From: a virus
IMG/VR virus record: IMGVR_UViG_3300035181_001055
Coordinates: 62,754 to 126,753 of that record
Direction: 5' to 3' (one strand)
Length of the DNA: 64,000 nucleotides
Position numbers and translations under genes: made by a program. A model generated the notes under the pieces. It worked only from the letters and a program-made list of their open reading frames with translations, was not told the origin of the DNA and ran no database searches. Shown here one piece after another: positions 28,206 to 38,674 of this stretch (position 1 is its first letter; the number at the start of each line of letters is the position of its first letter).

Positions 28206-29099
28206 ATGAAAATCAGAACAAGTGAGGTTTTTGCTAGTTTCCAAGGCGAAGGACTATATGCTGGTGTTCCTAGTCTTTGGATTCGTTTCTTCGGATGCAA
28301 TCTAGAATGCAACGGATTCGGCCAAAAAGACCCGTGCAATCCAGAAACATATGTTCTCCCATACAAAACTATTGATATCAGCGACATAAAGCGAATGGAA
28401 GACTTGCCTGTTTTCCAGTGCGGCTGTGACTCTAGTTACAGCTGGAGCGCTAAGTACAAGCATTTGGCTAAGGATTGGAATGAAACAGAATTAGTGGACG
28501 AGTTGCATAGGCTAGGCTCGGAGAGATTTGGGATGGTTGATGGTTGGTTCAATCAAAGAACAAAACAACCGATTCAGCTTTGTTTCACGGGCGGTGAGCC
28601 CATGTTGAATCAAAAAGCAGTCGTGGCAATTCTTGATGAAATACAGAAACGATATGGCGATTTTGGCCCTGATTTGGTGACTTTTGAAACAAATGCGACG
28701 CGCTATCTTACAGATGAATTGAGAGAGCGTTTAGAGTGCAGGGATTTCAAAGTCAATTTTGCTTGCTCGCCTAAGCTGTTCACTGTTAGCGGGGAAAAAG
28801 ACGTTGTTAATTTTAACGTCATTGAAGATTACATGCACAATTCAGATTCTGGTATTCTGAAATTCGTGGTGAATGGATCTGAAGAGTGCTGGGATGAGCT
28901 TAGTGGGTATGTAGAAGATCTTGTCGATCTTCTAGCTCAGTATCCGAATTGGAGTTTGTGGGCGATGCCTGTTGGCGCAACGAAAGAACAGCAAGAGTCG
29001 CCTTCCGTTGCCGAGATTGCAAATGAGGCGATGCGTCGAGGGTTCAATATTGCAACTCGCAATCACACTTATGTATATGGCAATGTGGTGGGTAGCTGA
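28206..29099 (+). CDS. queE: 7-carboxy-7-deazaguanine synthase (radical SAM)
   Basis: SEVFASFQGEG, IRFFGCNLEC...CDS, FTGGEP, ETNAT and SPK motifs. Confidence 0.92.
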   Translation: MKIRTSEVFASFQGEGLYAGVPSLWIRFFGCNLECNGFGQKDPCNPETYVLPYKTIDISDIKRMEDLPVFQCGCDSSYSWSAKYKHLAKDWNETELVDELHRLGSERFGMVDGWFNQRTKQPIQLCFTGGEPMLNQKAVVAILDEIQKRYGDFGPDLVTFETNATRYLTDELRERLECRDFKVNFACSPKLFTVSGEKDVVNFNVIEDYMHNSDSGILKFVVNGSEECWDELSGYVEDLVDLLAQYPNWSLWAMPVGATKEQQESPSVAEIANEAMRRGFNIATRNHTYVYGNVVGS

Positions 29100-30475
29100 T
29101 GGATGTTACTGATGAAAAATTGATTCTTAGTTCTTTAGTGGCTGATGATGATTATGTTCGTCAGGTTTTGCCTTTTTTGCAAAGCGAGTATTTTCATGAC
29201 AGGATAGAGCGATCCGTTTTTGAATCAATCAGATCTTACATCAATGAGTACAATGTTCTGCCTAATAAGACAACTCTCCTAGTCGATATTCGAGGCCATG
29301 AGAAGCTGAACGAAAAAGAAATCTCTGAAGCTGAAACTCTAATAAGAGAACTGTTTGACATTGATCGCCCGTCTGACCCGAAATGGCTTATTAAGAAGAC
29401 GGAGGAGTTTTGCCAAGAGAAGGCTGTTTACAATGCTATAATGAAGGCGATTGCTATATATGACGGGTCAGAAAAAACTGTTACTCCTCATGCAATCCCC
29501 GACATGATCAAAGACGCGATAAGCATTAGCTTTGACAGTCATATTGGCATGGATATGTATGATGACGCTGGTGCTCGCCACGATTACTATACTCTTCCTA
29601 GCAGCAAAATTCCATTCGACATTGAAATTCTTAATGAGATTACAAACGGCGGCGCTGGTAGAAAAACGCTGAATGTCATTGTTGCAGGCGTAAATGTCGG
29701 CAAAACCTTGTCCTTGGTACATCTAGCATGCGCGTATGCTCGAGCTGGTCTGAATGTTCTATATTTCACCATGGAAATGCGTGAAGAAGAAATTCTGCGT
29801 CGAATTGACGCAAATATGCTGAAAACACCTATCAATAAAATCGAAGAAATCGGACGAGATTCGTTCATCGATAAGGTGGAGAAGCTTAGGGCTAAGTCTT
29901 ACGGGAAGATTAAGGTTAAGGAGTATCCGCCTGGGGCAGCACATGCTGGACACTTCAAACATATCATCGGTGAGTTGAAGATGAAGCAGAGGTTCGTCCC
30001 TGATGTGATAATGGTTGATTATATTGGGATTGCCGCTAGCTCTCGAATGAAGATGGGGCAGCAGAATAGTTATTTCTATTTGAAGGCAGTTGCGGAAGAA
30101 CTTAGAGCATTGGCTGTTGAAACCGATACGGTTCTTTGGACTGCTATGCAGCTAACTAGAACGGGTATAACAAATACCGATGTTGAAATTACAGATGTCT
30201 CGGAATCTATGGGCATTCCTGCGACCGCTGATTTCATGCTGTCGGTAACTAGAACAGAAGAACTCGACGGATTAGGACAGGTTCTTTTCAAGCAACTTAA
30301 GAATCGTTACGGGAATAAGACGAACAAATTGAGATTCGTTGTTGGCATTGATTTAGATAAACAAACGCTATATGACGTGAATCAGAGTGAGCAAGATGAT
30401 ATTGTTGTGAGCCAACAAGTTTCTGTTGCTAATGTAGGCAGTCTTAAAGACAAGTTCAAGAGATTGAACGGATGA
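29099..30475 (+). CDS. gp41: Replicative helicase
   Basis: AGVNVGKT, TMEM, VDY, SESMGIPATAD and QLKNRY motifs. Confidence 0.96.
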   Translation: MDVTDEKLILSSLVADDDYVRQVLPFLQSEYFHDRIERSVFESIRSYINEYNVLPNKTTLLVDIRGHEKLNEKEISEAETLIRELFDIDRPSDPKWLIKKTEEFCQEKAVYNAIMKAIAIYDGSEKTVTPHAIPDMIKDAISISFDSHIGMDMYDDAGARHDYYTLPSSKIPFDIEILNEITNGGAGRKTLNVIVAGVNVGKTLSLVHLACAYARAGLNVLYFTMEMREEEILRRIDANMLKTPINKIEEIGRDSFIDKVEKLRAKSYGKIKVKEYPPGAAHAGHFKHIIGELKMKQRFVPDVIMVDYIGIAASSRMKMGQQNSYFYLKAVAEELRALAVETDTVLWTAMQLTRTGITNTDVEITDVSESMGIPATADFMLSVTRTEELDGLGQVLFKQLKNRYGNKTNKLRFVVGIDLDKQTLYDVNQSEQDDIVVSQQVSVANVGSLKDKFKRLNG

Positions 30476-30479
30476 AGCT

Positions 30480-30487
30480 CATAAATA
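30480..30487 (+). promoter_or_regulatory. Late-promoter variant CATAAATA
   Basis: One mismatch to consensus, 28 nt upstream of 30516. Confidence 0.65.
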
Positions 30488-30515
30488 ATCATATTCATAA
30501 CAAAAAAGAAAAGAT

Positions 30516-31622
30516 ATGCTGAAATTTAAGCAGTTTCTGCTTTTTGAGGGCGGTAATGTAGTTATTGACGACCAAGGAGCGGATAGAATTGATTTAAGCA
30601 AAATAAACAGAACAGAAATTGTCAAAACTTTGACTGATGGTCTGAAAGCGATAAATCGCGCATTTGAAAAGCAGAATGGGTTGCCTCTTTGGAGCGACGA
30701 AATTTTCAAATCAAATCAATTTCTGAGTGGCAGTGCGTTTCATTTCTTTGATCTGAAGAATATTAAAGACGATGAATTTGTAAAAGTTAAGCCTTCTGTC
30801 GGGGATATTGACACTCAAGTTGATGGAACGCTCGACACTCTTATTGTCAATTTCTTGAATTCAAGCAAAGGTAAGAGATTTGGGCCATTAACTCTTATTG
30901 GGTTCAAAACTAGTCATGGTCAGCGTATAACATTATGGCGTTTGGATAAATTTGATATGAATGTTCAGATTGACTTGGAGTTAGTTGAATATAGCGCTGA
31001 TGGTAAGCCGACTCCTTGGTCACAATTCAGTCATTCGAGCTCTTGGAAAGACCTTAAACAAGGTTTGAAGGGTGTGGCTCACAAGTATCTTATGCAAGCA
31101 ATAAATGCTCGCAGTTTACATGATTTGGTTATAAAAGCCAGGACACAGAGAAGCAAAGATAAGATTACGAAGAGCTCTCAGATGACGTTTTCGGTTACGA
31201 ATGGGCTTCGTCAGCGTCTCGAGCCAGTTCTCGATTCTAAAGGCAATCATGTGACAGTTAATGGGTTGCCTGCTTATCGTGAGCTTAGCACATCTGAAAG
31301 TCAAGGCAACACGGACTTGAATTATATTTTCAAGACTTATTTCGGCGAAGACCCTAATGAAAAAGACATTGAAAAAATGAGCAGTTTCATTGGTCTTATT
31401 GGATTGATTGAGAAATATTTCAGCAAAGAAGAACAAAAAATGGTCGTCGATGGGTTCATGCATAAATTGTGGGGTCCAGGCGCTCAAGGATTGTATAGAG
31501 GAGATAAAGAGCGAGACTATAATGAGAAAATGGCCATGGCAAATTATCTTTTGAATTCTCTTGGTGGGTCTATCGATACTTACCTCAAAATGATTGAAAC
31601 TTACTACAAAACATACGAATGA
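30516..31622 (+). CDS. Putative Pol-beta-superfamily nucleotidyltransferase
   Basis: LSGS...VGDIDTQV and QIDL acidic triad; GLKG motif. Confidence 0.6.
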   Translation: MLKFKQFLLFEGGNVVIDDQGADRIDLSKINRTEIVKTLTDGLKAINRAFEKQNGLPLWSDEIFKSNQFLSGSAFHFFDLKNIKDDEFVKVKPSVGDIDTQVDGTLDTLIVNFLNSSKGKRFGPLTLIGFKTSHGQRITLWRLDKFDMNVQIDLELVEYSADGKPTPWSQFSHSSSWKDLKQGLKGVAHKYLMQAINARSLHDLVIKARTQRSKDKITKSSQMTFSVTNGLRQRLEPVLDSKGNHVTVNGLPAYRELSTSESQGNTDLNYIFKTYFGEDPNEKDIEKMSSFIGLIGLIEKYFSKEEQKMVVDGFMHKLWGPGAQGLYRGDKERDYNEKMAMANYLLNSLGGSIDTYLKMIETYYKTYE

Positions 31623-32511
31623 TAATTAGTTTCAAAGAATTCATTGCAGAGAGTGTTGCTACCACTACTCGTCAAGGTATCACTCATCTTCAGGACATGA
31701 AGCCTGAAGAATTTGTTTCGTGGATCAAAAGTGTAAAAGCTGCAGGCGGAGTTCTATCTAACTATAAAACGGTTATGAAGATAGATGGCCTAGGAGCTCG
31801 CTTTGGGCGTGATTCAAGCGGAAAGATATTCTTTGAGGGTAGCAGAACTGGTCCAATTTTTGACAGCGGAGCTTTTAGCGCACATGCCATAGCTAAAGGT
31901 GCCTCGGATGAAATTGTGCTTAGGGCTAAGCATTATGACGATATGCTCGAACTTTTCAAAACTGCTGATTTCATGAAAGCGGTGCCTAATGATACGAAGG
32001 TTGTTTGCGAAATCTTTTACAATCCAATGGCAAAAGAAGAAGAGGATGGCATTACCTTCGTCACCGTCAAGTATGACAAGACTAAATTGGGTAGTTTAAT
32101 GAGTATCATGCCCTATACTGTTCTTCAGGCTAGTACTGGTTTAGAACACCCTGATAAGAAAAAAATTCTCGATGATTTATACAAGAAAAGCAACGAGAAA
32201 ATTAAAATCATTGATCCTAATCTGAAGATGGGGTCAATTGATATTTCTGGTATAATAAACACCGTTGCTACTATTGAAGATGGCGCTCTTGAAATACTAA
32301 AAAGTAGAAAAGCTATTGATAGAGATGCAAAGCAAAATATTTTAGATATCATTCAAAAAGCAAAAAATGATTTAGCTTCTTATTTGCTTGCACATCCAGG
32401 CATTGAAGATAAATTCAAGTTAGGTCAAAATATTGAAGGCATTGTTATACACGTAAATGATAAGCCGTTCAAAATAACGACCGACGAATTCAAAGCTAGT
32501 AAGAGGAAATC

Positions 32512-32515
<4 letters not shown>
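31619..32515 (+). CDS. Putative ligase-like (covalent nucleotidyltransferase) protein
   Basis: KIDG (motif I), CEIF (III), EGIVI (IV) and FKI (V). Confidence 0.55.
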
Positions 32516-33429
<914 letters not shown>

Positions 33430-33473
33430 TTGGCTTGGTTTTCTTATTGTAAATTGATTGAGGATTAGATTTT

Positions 33474-34244
33474 ATGGCTCTTCCTGCGGTTAAATATCCA
33501 ACATTTGAATTGACTGTTCCTAGTACGAAAAAGGTTATTAAATACCGACCTTTTCTGGTGAAGGAGCATAAGCTCCTTCTACAAGCACTTGAGCTAAAAG
33601 ATACTGCAAATTTTATCAATACTATCTACCAGATTATTGACGCTTGCACCTTCGGGAAATTGGATGTAGAAAATTTGGCAATGTATGATGTTGACTACAT
33701 CTTTTTAATGCTTCGTGCTAGAAGCATTGGAGAAATGGTTCCTGTTGAGTACAAGTGTATGAATGAGGTCAGGAAAGTATCAGAGGATGGAAATGCTTCA
33801 TTTATGGAGCCATGTGGGACGAAGATTCGCCTCAATTTGGATTTGAATAAAGTCAAAGTTAATATTCCAGATGGTTATGATGAAAAACGAGTTGTTATGA
33901 TTGACTCTGATATCGGTATTAAATTGAGATCGCCTACGTTTTCGAAGTTCAGAGAGCTGAGTGAAATCGAAAATGTTGATGGACTTTTTAATGTCACTGA
34001 AGTTCTCATATATAGTTGCACTGAATGCGTTTTCGAAAAAGATAAAATTTTTGTTCCTGGCAAGGATTTTACTCAACAAGATTTGTCGGAATTCATTGAA
34101 GGTGTTCCAGGCGCAGCTATCGAGCAAATTAATGATTTCTTTGAGAGATTGCCTTATGTGTCACTCGATTTGAATATTCGCTGTCCTAAATGTGGTTCAG
34201 AAGATAGAATAGAATTGAAGGGGTTGGAAGATTTTTTCGCGTAA
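33474..34244 (+). CDS. gp26: Baseplate hub subunit
   Basis: LPAVKYPTFEL, YRPFLVKE, YIFLMLRARSIGE and C-terminal CPKC...GLEDFF. Confidence 0.88.
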   Translation: MALPAVKYPTFELTVPSTKKVIKYRPFLVKEHKLLLQALELKDTANFINTIYQIIDACTFGKLDVENLAMYDVDYIFLMLRARSIGEMVPVEYKCMNEVRKVSEDGNASFMEPCGTKIRLNLDLNKVKVNIPDGYDEKRVVMIDSDIGIKLRSPTFSKFRELSEIENVDGLFNVTEVLIYSCTECVFEKDKIFVPGKDFTQQDLSEFIEGVPGAAIEQINDFFERLPYVSLDLNIRCPKCGSEDRIELKGLEDFFA

Positions 34245-34420
34245 TGGTTGGTAATGGCGAGCTGTTGGATCTCATGAAAAGCAATTTTCTTTTGATGAAT
34301 GAGCATCACTTCAGCTTGTCAGAGATTGAGGATATGGTTCCTTATGAACGAGAAATTTACATTATGTTGCTTCTAGATCATCTCGAACGCAAGAAGAAGA
34401 ATTTACAGCAAGGTCAATAA
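34244..34420 (+). CDS. gp51: Baseplate hub assembly catalyst (58 aa, absent from the ORF track)
   Basis: Translated by hand: ...LMNEHHFSLSEIEDMVPYEREIYIMLL...; follows gp26. Confidence 0.85.
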   Translation: MVGNGELLDLMKSNFLLMNEHHFSLSEIEDMVPYEREIYIMLLLDHLERKKKNLQQGQ

Positions 34421-37321
34421 ATGCAACCGCTATTTCTAAGAGCTGCAAAAGCTGTCGGGAGACGCTTGAACGATTCGCCTGCTATTGGCGCCGCCAAAGA
34501 TTTGGCGAAAATGCCAATTTCGAAAGGCGCTGCAGCATTAGAAAGCAAGGCTCCTCGTTTATACGGAGGAGCTAAAACTTTTGGAAACAAAATTTCCAAA
34601 TCTAATAAGCTGAAAGAGCTTTCTTTACAAATGAGAAGAAATGCTCCTGGGGCGTTATGGAAAGCTGCGGGTGGCGGTAATATTCCCATTCTGGATAATA
34701 TGTTCTCCAAATGGGATAGTAAACGAGTTTCACGAATAGATCGCTATTTGGAAATTCGCGCGCAGAGAGCTGAAAGCGACAAACAGAAATTTGAGAAACA
34801 GAAAAGCAATCAAGTCAATAAATCTGTCAACCCTTCTAAAAATTCTGGGTCTGATTCTGGGTCTTCGGCACAGACACAATCTGATGCTGTTTCTGGCAAT
34901 TCAGGCGCGTCGGGCTTAGCTCAATCTCCTTCGTTAGCTTTAGGCCAGTCCGACGCTGAAGTTAGTTTTCTCAGTCGAATAAGTGAAGATATTTCTCAAC
35001 TGAAGAATTATTTCTTCAAGCGAGGATCTTTCTGCTGCGATAATTCTTCTGAAGAAAAAGGCAAAGATGAGTCTCAAGATAAGCCTCGTTATGAGATTGT
35101 AAAGGTTCAAGACGATCAATCTAAGCCTCATATCGAGATCGTGAAGATTCAAGATGAAACTAATAAGACTAAAAATGAGACTTCTGAGTCACGTAATGAA
35201 CATCTGAAGAAACAAGGCGAGCATCATCCTGAGCTAGATGAAAAGGAAGGTGGGAAGCGTGGTAAGCTTCACGGCAAGCTCGGAGCAGGGTTTTCGTTTG
35301 CCTCAGAAATTGTTGAAAAATTGGGGCATTTTGGTTTAATTAATCATGAAATTGCAGAGTCAGTAAAAATTGCTAAAAAGACATATGGGTTGATTAAAAA
35401 TTTCAAAGATGCTGCCCTTAAAGCAGCAGGTAAAGAGCATCACGAGGCGATTGCTAAGAATGCAGCCAATTCTGTAAAGTCTTCAGAAGAGGGGCTAAAA
35501 TCTGGAGCTGATGACATAGCTAATTCTGCAACGCAAAATAGTGGATCGAAGCCAGGGCGCGGCTTGTTTAGTCGCGTGGGCAACAAAATGCTTGGTCGCG
35601 TGGGCAACAAAATGCTTGGTCGCGCAGGTACAGCAGTGGCGGGTGAAGCAGGTGCAGCAGCGGCGGGTGAAACGCTTCCTTTTATTTTAAGTGCTCTTGC
35701 TCTTTATAAAACAGGTTCGACAGCATATGATATTGGATCATTTATTAATAAGAAACTTGACGGAACCAAAATAGGTAATGTTAGAGACAGCTTTTTTGAT
35801 ACTATATTTTCTGGAATTGATAAGATAACTGGCGGCGCGATTACTGGCACATCTGGTCTGAATGACTTAAATGACAAACTTGAAAAAGAGAACAGCAAGA
35901 AATTTGTTAGAGTTAAAAAAGAAGCCAAAAGTAATAGTGATAATCAGATCCCAGACGCTCAACAGAAATTTAGAAGATCAGAAATTCTCTATGAAAATAA
36001 TCAGAATCTAAAAGATAGCTCTGGTGTTGAAAATAAACAAGTTGCACAACTCGAAACTGGAACTGACGGGTCTAAGCGTTTAGAAGATCAGCAGAAAAAT
36101 AGACAAATAGAAAAAACAAATCAGGATCTAAAAAAATCTATTGACGATAATACTGAAGCGACAAATAAAACAATTAAGCCGCTTGAAACTATAAGCAGTC
36201 CTGATTGGTTACATAAATTAGGTGATTGGATTAGCGGAGCGTTTGACTGGATTAAAAATAGCAAAGCTGGTCAATTTTCTTCGAATGCATATAATGCCGT
36301 TAAGAATAGAACTACAGATGCTATAGAAGCTGTTAGTAATAGCAAAGCTGGTCAATTTGCTTCGAATGCATATAATGCCGTTAAGAATAGCAGCGTTGGT
36401 CAAGCTGTTTCAAACGCGTATGAAAGCGTTAAAGGATGGGTTCTCGGATCTACATCCAAGCAATTTGAGACCAGCGGGAAAGGAGCTGGCACTATTTCTT
36501 CAGGGGAAGGCGATCGAGGGGGTAAGTCTTACGGCTCTTACCAAATGACTGGCGATGCTCTGAAACAATTTGTTACTAGTGGCCCTTATGCAGATCAGTT
36601 CAAAGGATTGGCTCTTAAAAGCAATGAATTTGACGCTAAATGGAAAGAATTGGCGGAAAAAGACCCTAATTTTGGCCAAGCGCAGCATGATTTTATTAAG
36701 CAGACACATTTTGATCCTCAGCAACAAAAACTTCTTAAATCTGGAATTGATTTAAGAAACCGAGGCGCTGCAGTACAAGATGCTATCTGGTCAACTTCTG
36801 TGCAATTCGGCGGAAATACAGATCTAATTAAGAATGCTCTTGCTGGCAAAGATGCTAGTAAAATGTCTGATGCTGATATTGTGAGCGCAATCCAAGATTA
36901 TAAAATTAAGAACAATGAAAGCCTTTTCAGATCTTCAGCGCCTAACATTCGGGTTGGCACTCTTAAAAGGGAAAATCAAGAAAAACAAGCTCTTTTGAAG
37001 TTAGCTAATGACCCCGACCTCGCAAATGTTTCATCTACTCAAATTGCTTCGGCAGGAGCGCCATCGAGTTCGGATAAATTGTCATCTGCTGCACAAGCAA
37101 GCGTAGGCGATGTTGTTGCAGCTCAAACTATGGAAACTGAAAAGGCTGAGAAACAAGCTGCTCAGCCTATTGTTGTTGGGACTGCTGCGCAGCCACCAGC
37201 TTCATGCTCTGCTGCTCAAAGCGGAACTACCAATACCGCATCTGCTCCGATGGTTACTAGAAATCAAGATAGCAGCATTCGTCGAATAACAGACGGAATG
37301 ATGAGTTACGGTTTAACTTGA
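34421..37321 (+). CDS. Tape-measure/hub (gp29-like) protein with C-terminal peptidoglycan-hydrolase-like domain
   Basis: Low-complexity, repeat-containing 966-aa ORF after gp26/gp51; ETSG...ISSG...GGKSYGSYQ...WSTSVQFG region resembles lysozyme-fold virion hydrolases. Confidence 0.65.
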   Translation: MQPLFLRAAKAVGRRLNDSPAIGAAKDLAKMPISKGAAALESKAPRLYGGAKTFGNKISKSNKLKELSLQMRRNAPGALWKAAGGGNIPILDNMFSKWDSKRVSRIDRYLEIRAQRAESDKQKFEKQKSNQVNKSVNPSKNSGSDSGSSAQTQSDAVSGNSGASGLAQSPSLALGQSDAEVSFLSRISEDISQLKNYFFKRGSFCCDNSSEEKGKDESQDKPRYEIVKVQDDQSKPHIEIVKIQDETNKTKNETSESRNEHLKKQGEHHPELDEKEGGKRGKLHGKLGAGFSFASEIVEKLGHFGLINHEIAESVKIAKKTYGLIKNFKDAALKAAGKEHHEAIAKNAANSVKSSEEGLKSGADDIANSATQNSGSKPGRGLFSRVGNKMLGRVGNKMLGRAGTAVAGEAGAAAAGETLPFILSALALYKTGSTAYDIGSFINKKLDGTKIGNVRDSFFDTIFSGIDKITGGAITGTSGLNDLNDKLEKENSKKFVRVKKEAKSNSDNQIPDAQQKFRRSEILYENNQNLKDSSGVENKQVAQLETGTDGSKRLEDQQKNRQIEKTNQDLKKSIDDNTEATNKTIKPLETISSPDWLHKLGDWISGAFDWIKNSKAGQFSSNAYNAVKNRTTDAIEAVSNSKAGQFASNAYNAVKNSSVGQAVSNAYESVKGWVLGSTSKQFETSGKGAGTISSGEGDRGGKSYGSYQMTGDALKQFVTSGPYADQFKGLALKSNEFDAKWKELAEKDPNFGQAQHDFIKQTHFDPQQQKLLKSGIDLRNRGAAVQDAIWSTSVQFGGNTDLIKNALAGKDASKMSDADIVSAIQDYKIKNNESLFRSSAPNIRVGTLKRENQEKQALLKLANDPDLANVSSTQIASAGAPSSSDKLSSAAQASVGDVVAAQTMETEKAEKQAAQPIVVGTAAQPPASCSAAQSGTTNTASAPMVTRNQDSSIRRITDGMMSYGLT
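35571..35624 (+). repeat. 24-bp tandem repeat (RVGNKMLG x2)
   Basis: gtcgcgtgggcaacaaaatgcttg occurs twice, plus a partial third copy. Confidence 0.95.
36257..36390 (+). repeat. 53-bp near-identical direct repeat with an 81-bp period
   Basis: aatagcaaagctggtcaattt(t/g)cttcgaatgcatataatgccgttaagaatag at 36257 and 36338. Confidence 0.95.
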
Positions 37322-37869
37322 TTTTGATTGAATTTGTCTAGTGTTTCTTTGACTTCGTTTACCCATGCTTTGCATAGGTTTAGTTCGTTTACTACTGAGT
37401 CTGCTCTGGCAGCTTCAGAGAAAAGAAATCTGCTAGCTTCTTCTGAAAGTTCGGCTCCTGATCCGTTTGAAGAGTCGGCGGCAGAGGCGGGATTTGCGGA
37501 CAAGGTGTTTTGACAGCTTGGACGGGCGCCTGGGTCGCGCAGCCTGATGCCAGAGTCGATAGCAGAATTGTACTTAGCAAGCAAATCTTTAACTTTTTTC
37601 TCGTCTTCAGCATTTTTTACCTCCAATTTATCTCTTGTTGCAATCAACTCGTGTTCAGTTTCTAACGAGCGATCTTTTTCTTTTTGAATAGCTTCATTTG
37701 CAACTTTTTCAATCTCTTGAATTTTTCTCTCATATATGCCGTCTTTGTACTTGGCAGTATAGTGCATAGAAGCTAAGCTACTTAGTGTAGCGGCGCATAT
37801 AATTGCTATGATGCTTGTTTTTAAGTCAAACATTTTTGTGCTCCAGATTGAATCTAATGGCGGTGTCAT
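37306..37869 (-). CDS. i-spanin (Rz-like)
   Basis: N-terminal TM segment, coiled coil, and RLR...C...AARAD...C pattern; carries an embedded lipoprotein ORF. Confidence 0.85.
   Translation of the reverse strand: MTPPLDSIWSTKMFDLKTSIIAIICAATLSSLASMHYTAKYKDGIYERKIQEIEKVANEAIQKEKDRSLETEHELIATRDKLEVKNAEDEKKVKDLLAKYNSAIDSGIRLRDPGARPSCQNTLSANPASAADSSNGSGAELSEEASRFLFSEAARADSVVNELNLCKAWVNEVKETLDKFNQNQVKP
37392..37613 (-). CDS. o-spanin (Rz1-like lipoprotein) embedded in Rz
   Basis: Signal peptide with lipobox LASG-C and Pro-rich mature part; lies entirely inside the i-spanin in another frame. Confidence 0.88.
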   Translation of the reverse strand: MLKTRKKLKICLLSTILLSTLASGCATQAPVQAVKTPCPQIPPLPPTLQTDQEPNFQKKLADFFSLKLPEQTQ

Positions 37870-38221
37870 TTAGAATGTCATCGATGATTCGATTTGATTC
37901 AATTTCTTCATCCCAAAGACAATAACATCCTATAAAAATTAACATGCTTTTTGCTACTGAAAATTCTTCGTCTGTAAGCATTATTCTTAGCATGTGATTC
38001 ACCTTTTCAACGCCAAATGTATTTACCGAAATTACTATGTTATTCAAAACCAACTTTTCATTTATTATACCAGACTTTAAGAATCTTGATATCATTTTTC
38101 TGATTGTGAAAAGATTATAGATATCCTTCTTGAATTCTAATTCATTTAAGAATCCGTTTTTTTCATAGCCTTCTTTTGCTATTTCAACGATTCTTTCTCT
38201 GATATCATATTTTTCTGACAT
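37826..38221 (-). CDS. Conserved hypothetical T4-like protein
   Basis: EFKKD...RFLKSG.INEKLVLNNIVI...FG pattern; in the minus-strand operon. Confidence 0.7.
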   Translation of the reverse strand: MSEKYDIRERIVEIAKEGYEKNGFLNELEFKKDIYNLFTIRKMISRFLKSGIINEKLVLNNIVISVNTFGVEKVNHMLRIMLTDEEFSVAKSMLIFIGCYCLWDEEIESNRIIDDILNDTAIRFNLEHKNV

Positions 38222-38224
38222 CTA

Positions 38225-38620
38225 TTATTCTTCAAGGTCATTGGCCGATTTTGATTTTCTGCTCGCTCTCTTTACAGAGTCTTTGACACCTGTTGGACGT
38301 CCTGGACCTTTCTGTTCTGCATCAGCTCCTAGCAACTTGTCGAGGTCTTCGGGTGTGTTAGGGGTTGGCAGCTCATTATCTTGAGGCGCCTCTTCTTCTT
38401 TATTTTCTGCAATAGGTGGAGTTGGTTCAGCAGGAGTCGGAGTTACTTCATCTCGCTTAACTTCTAATGCAGGTTTGTATGGCCTGTTCGGAATATAGCC
38501 TTCGACTGGATTTGGCAAGCCTCTTTTTGATACCAACAATTCGCCTGTTTTGGGGTTAGCCCATCCGTATATTGTTGCGATTGCGTCGGGGGTTGGTTTT
38601 CTGTGGTGTCTGCTTGACAT
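38225..38620 (-). CDS. Hypothetical protein with Pro/Glu-rich tail
   Basis: GWANPKTGELLVS motif; AGAGGAAAG-like RBS upstream. Confidence 0.7.
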   Translation of the reverse strand: MSSRHHRKPTPDAIATIYGWANPKTGELLVSKRGLPNPVEGYIPNRPYKPALEVKRDEVTPTPAEPTPPIAENKEEEAPQDNELPTPNTPEDLDKLLGADAEQKGPGRPTGVKDSVKRASRKSKSANDLEE

Positions 38621-38659
38621 AATTTCCGCTTTCCTCTATAATTAGTTTGATGAACGAAC

Positions 38660-38667
38660 TACTTATA
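38660..38667 (-). promoter_or_regulatory. Possible late promoter TATAAGTA for the spanin operon
   Basis: One mismatch to TATAAATA, in the divergent intergenic gap. Confidence 0.45.
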
Positions 38668-38674
38668 ACCAATC

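Noticed and set aside
34226-34244. gp26 C-terminal LEDFFA as a clamp-binding peptide
   Set aside because: A similar ending is usual for gp26-like hub proteins, which are structural; kept only as a caveat on motif specificity
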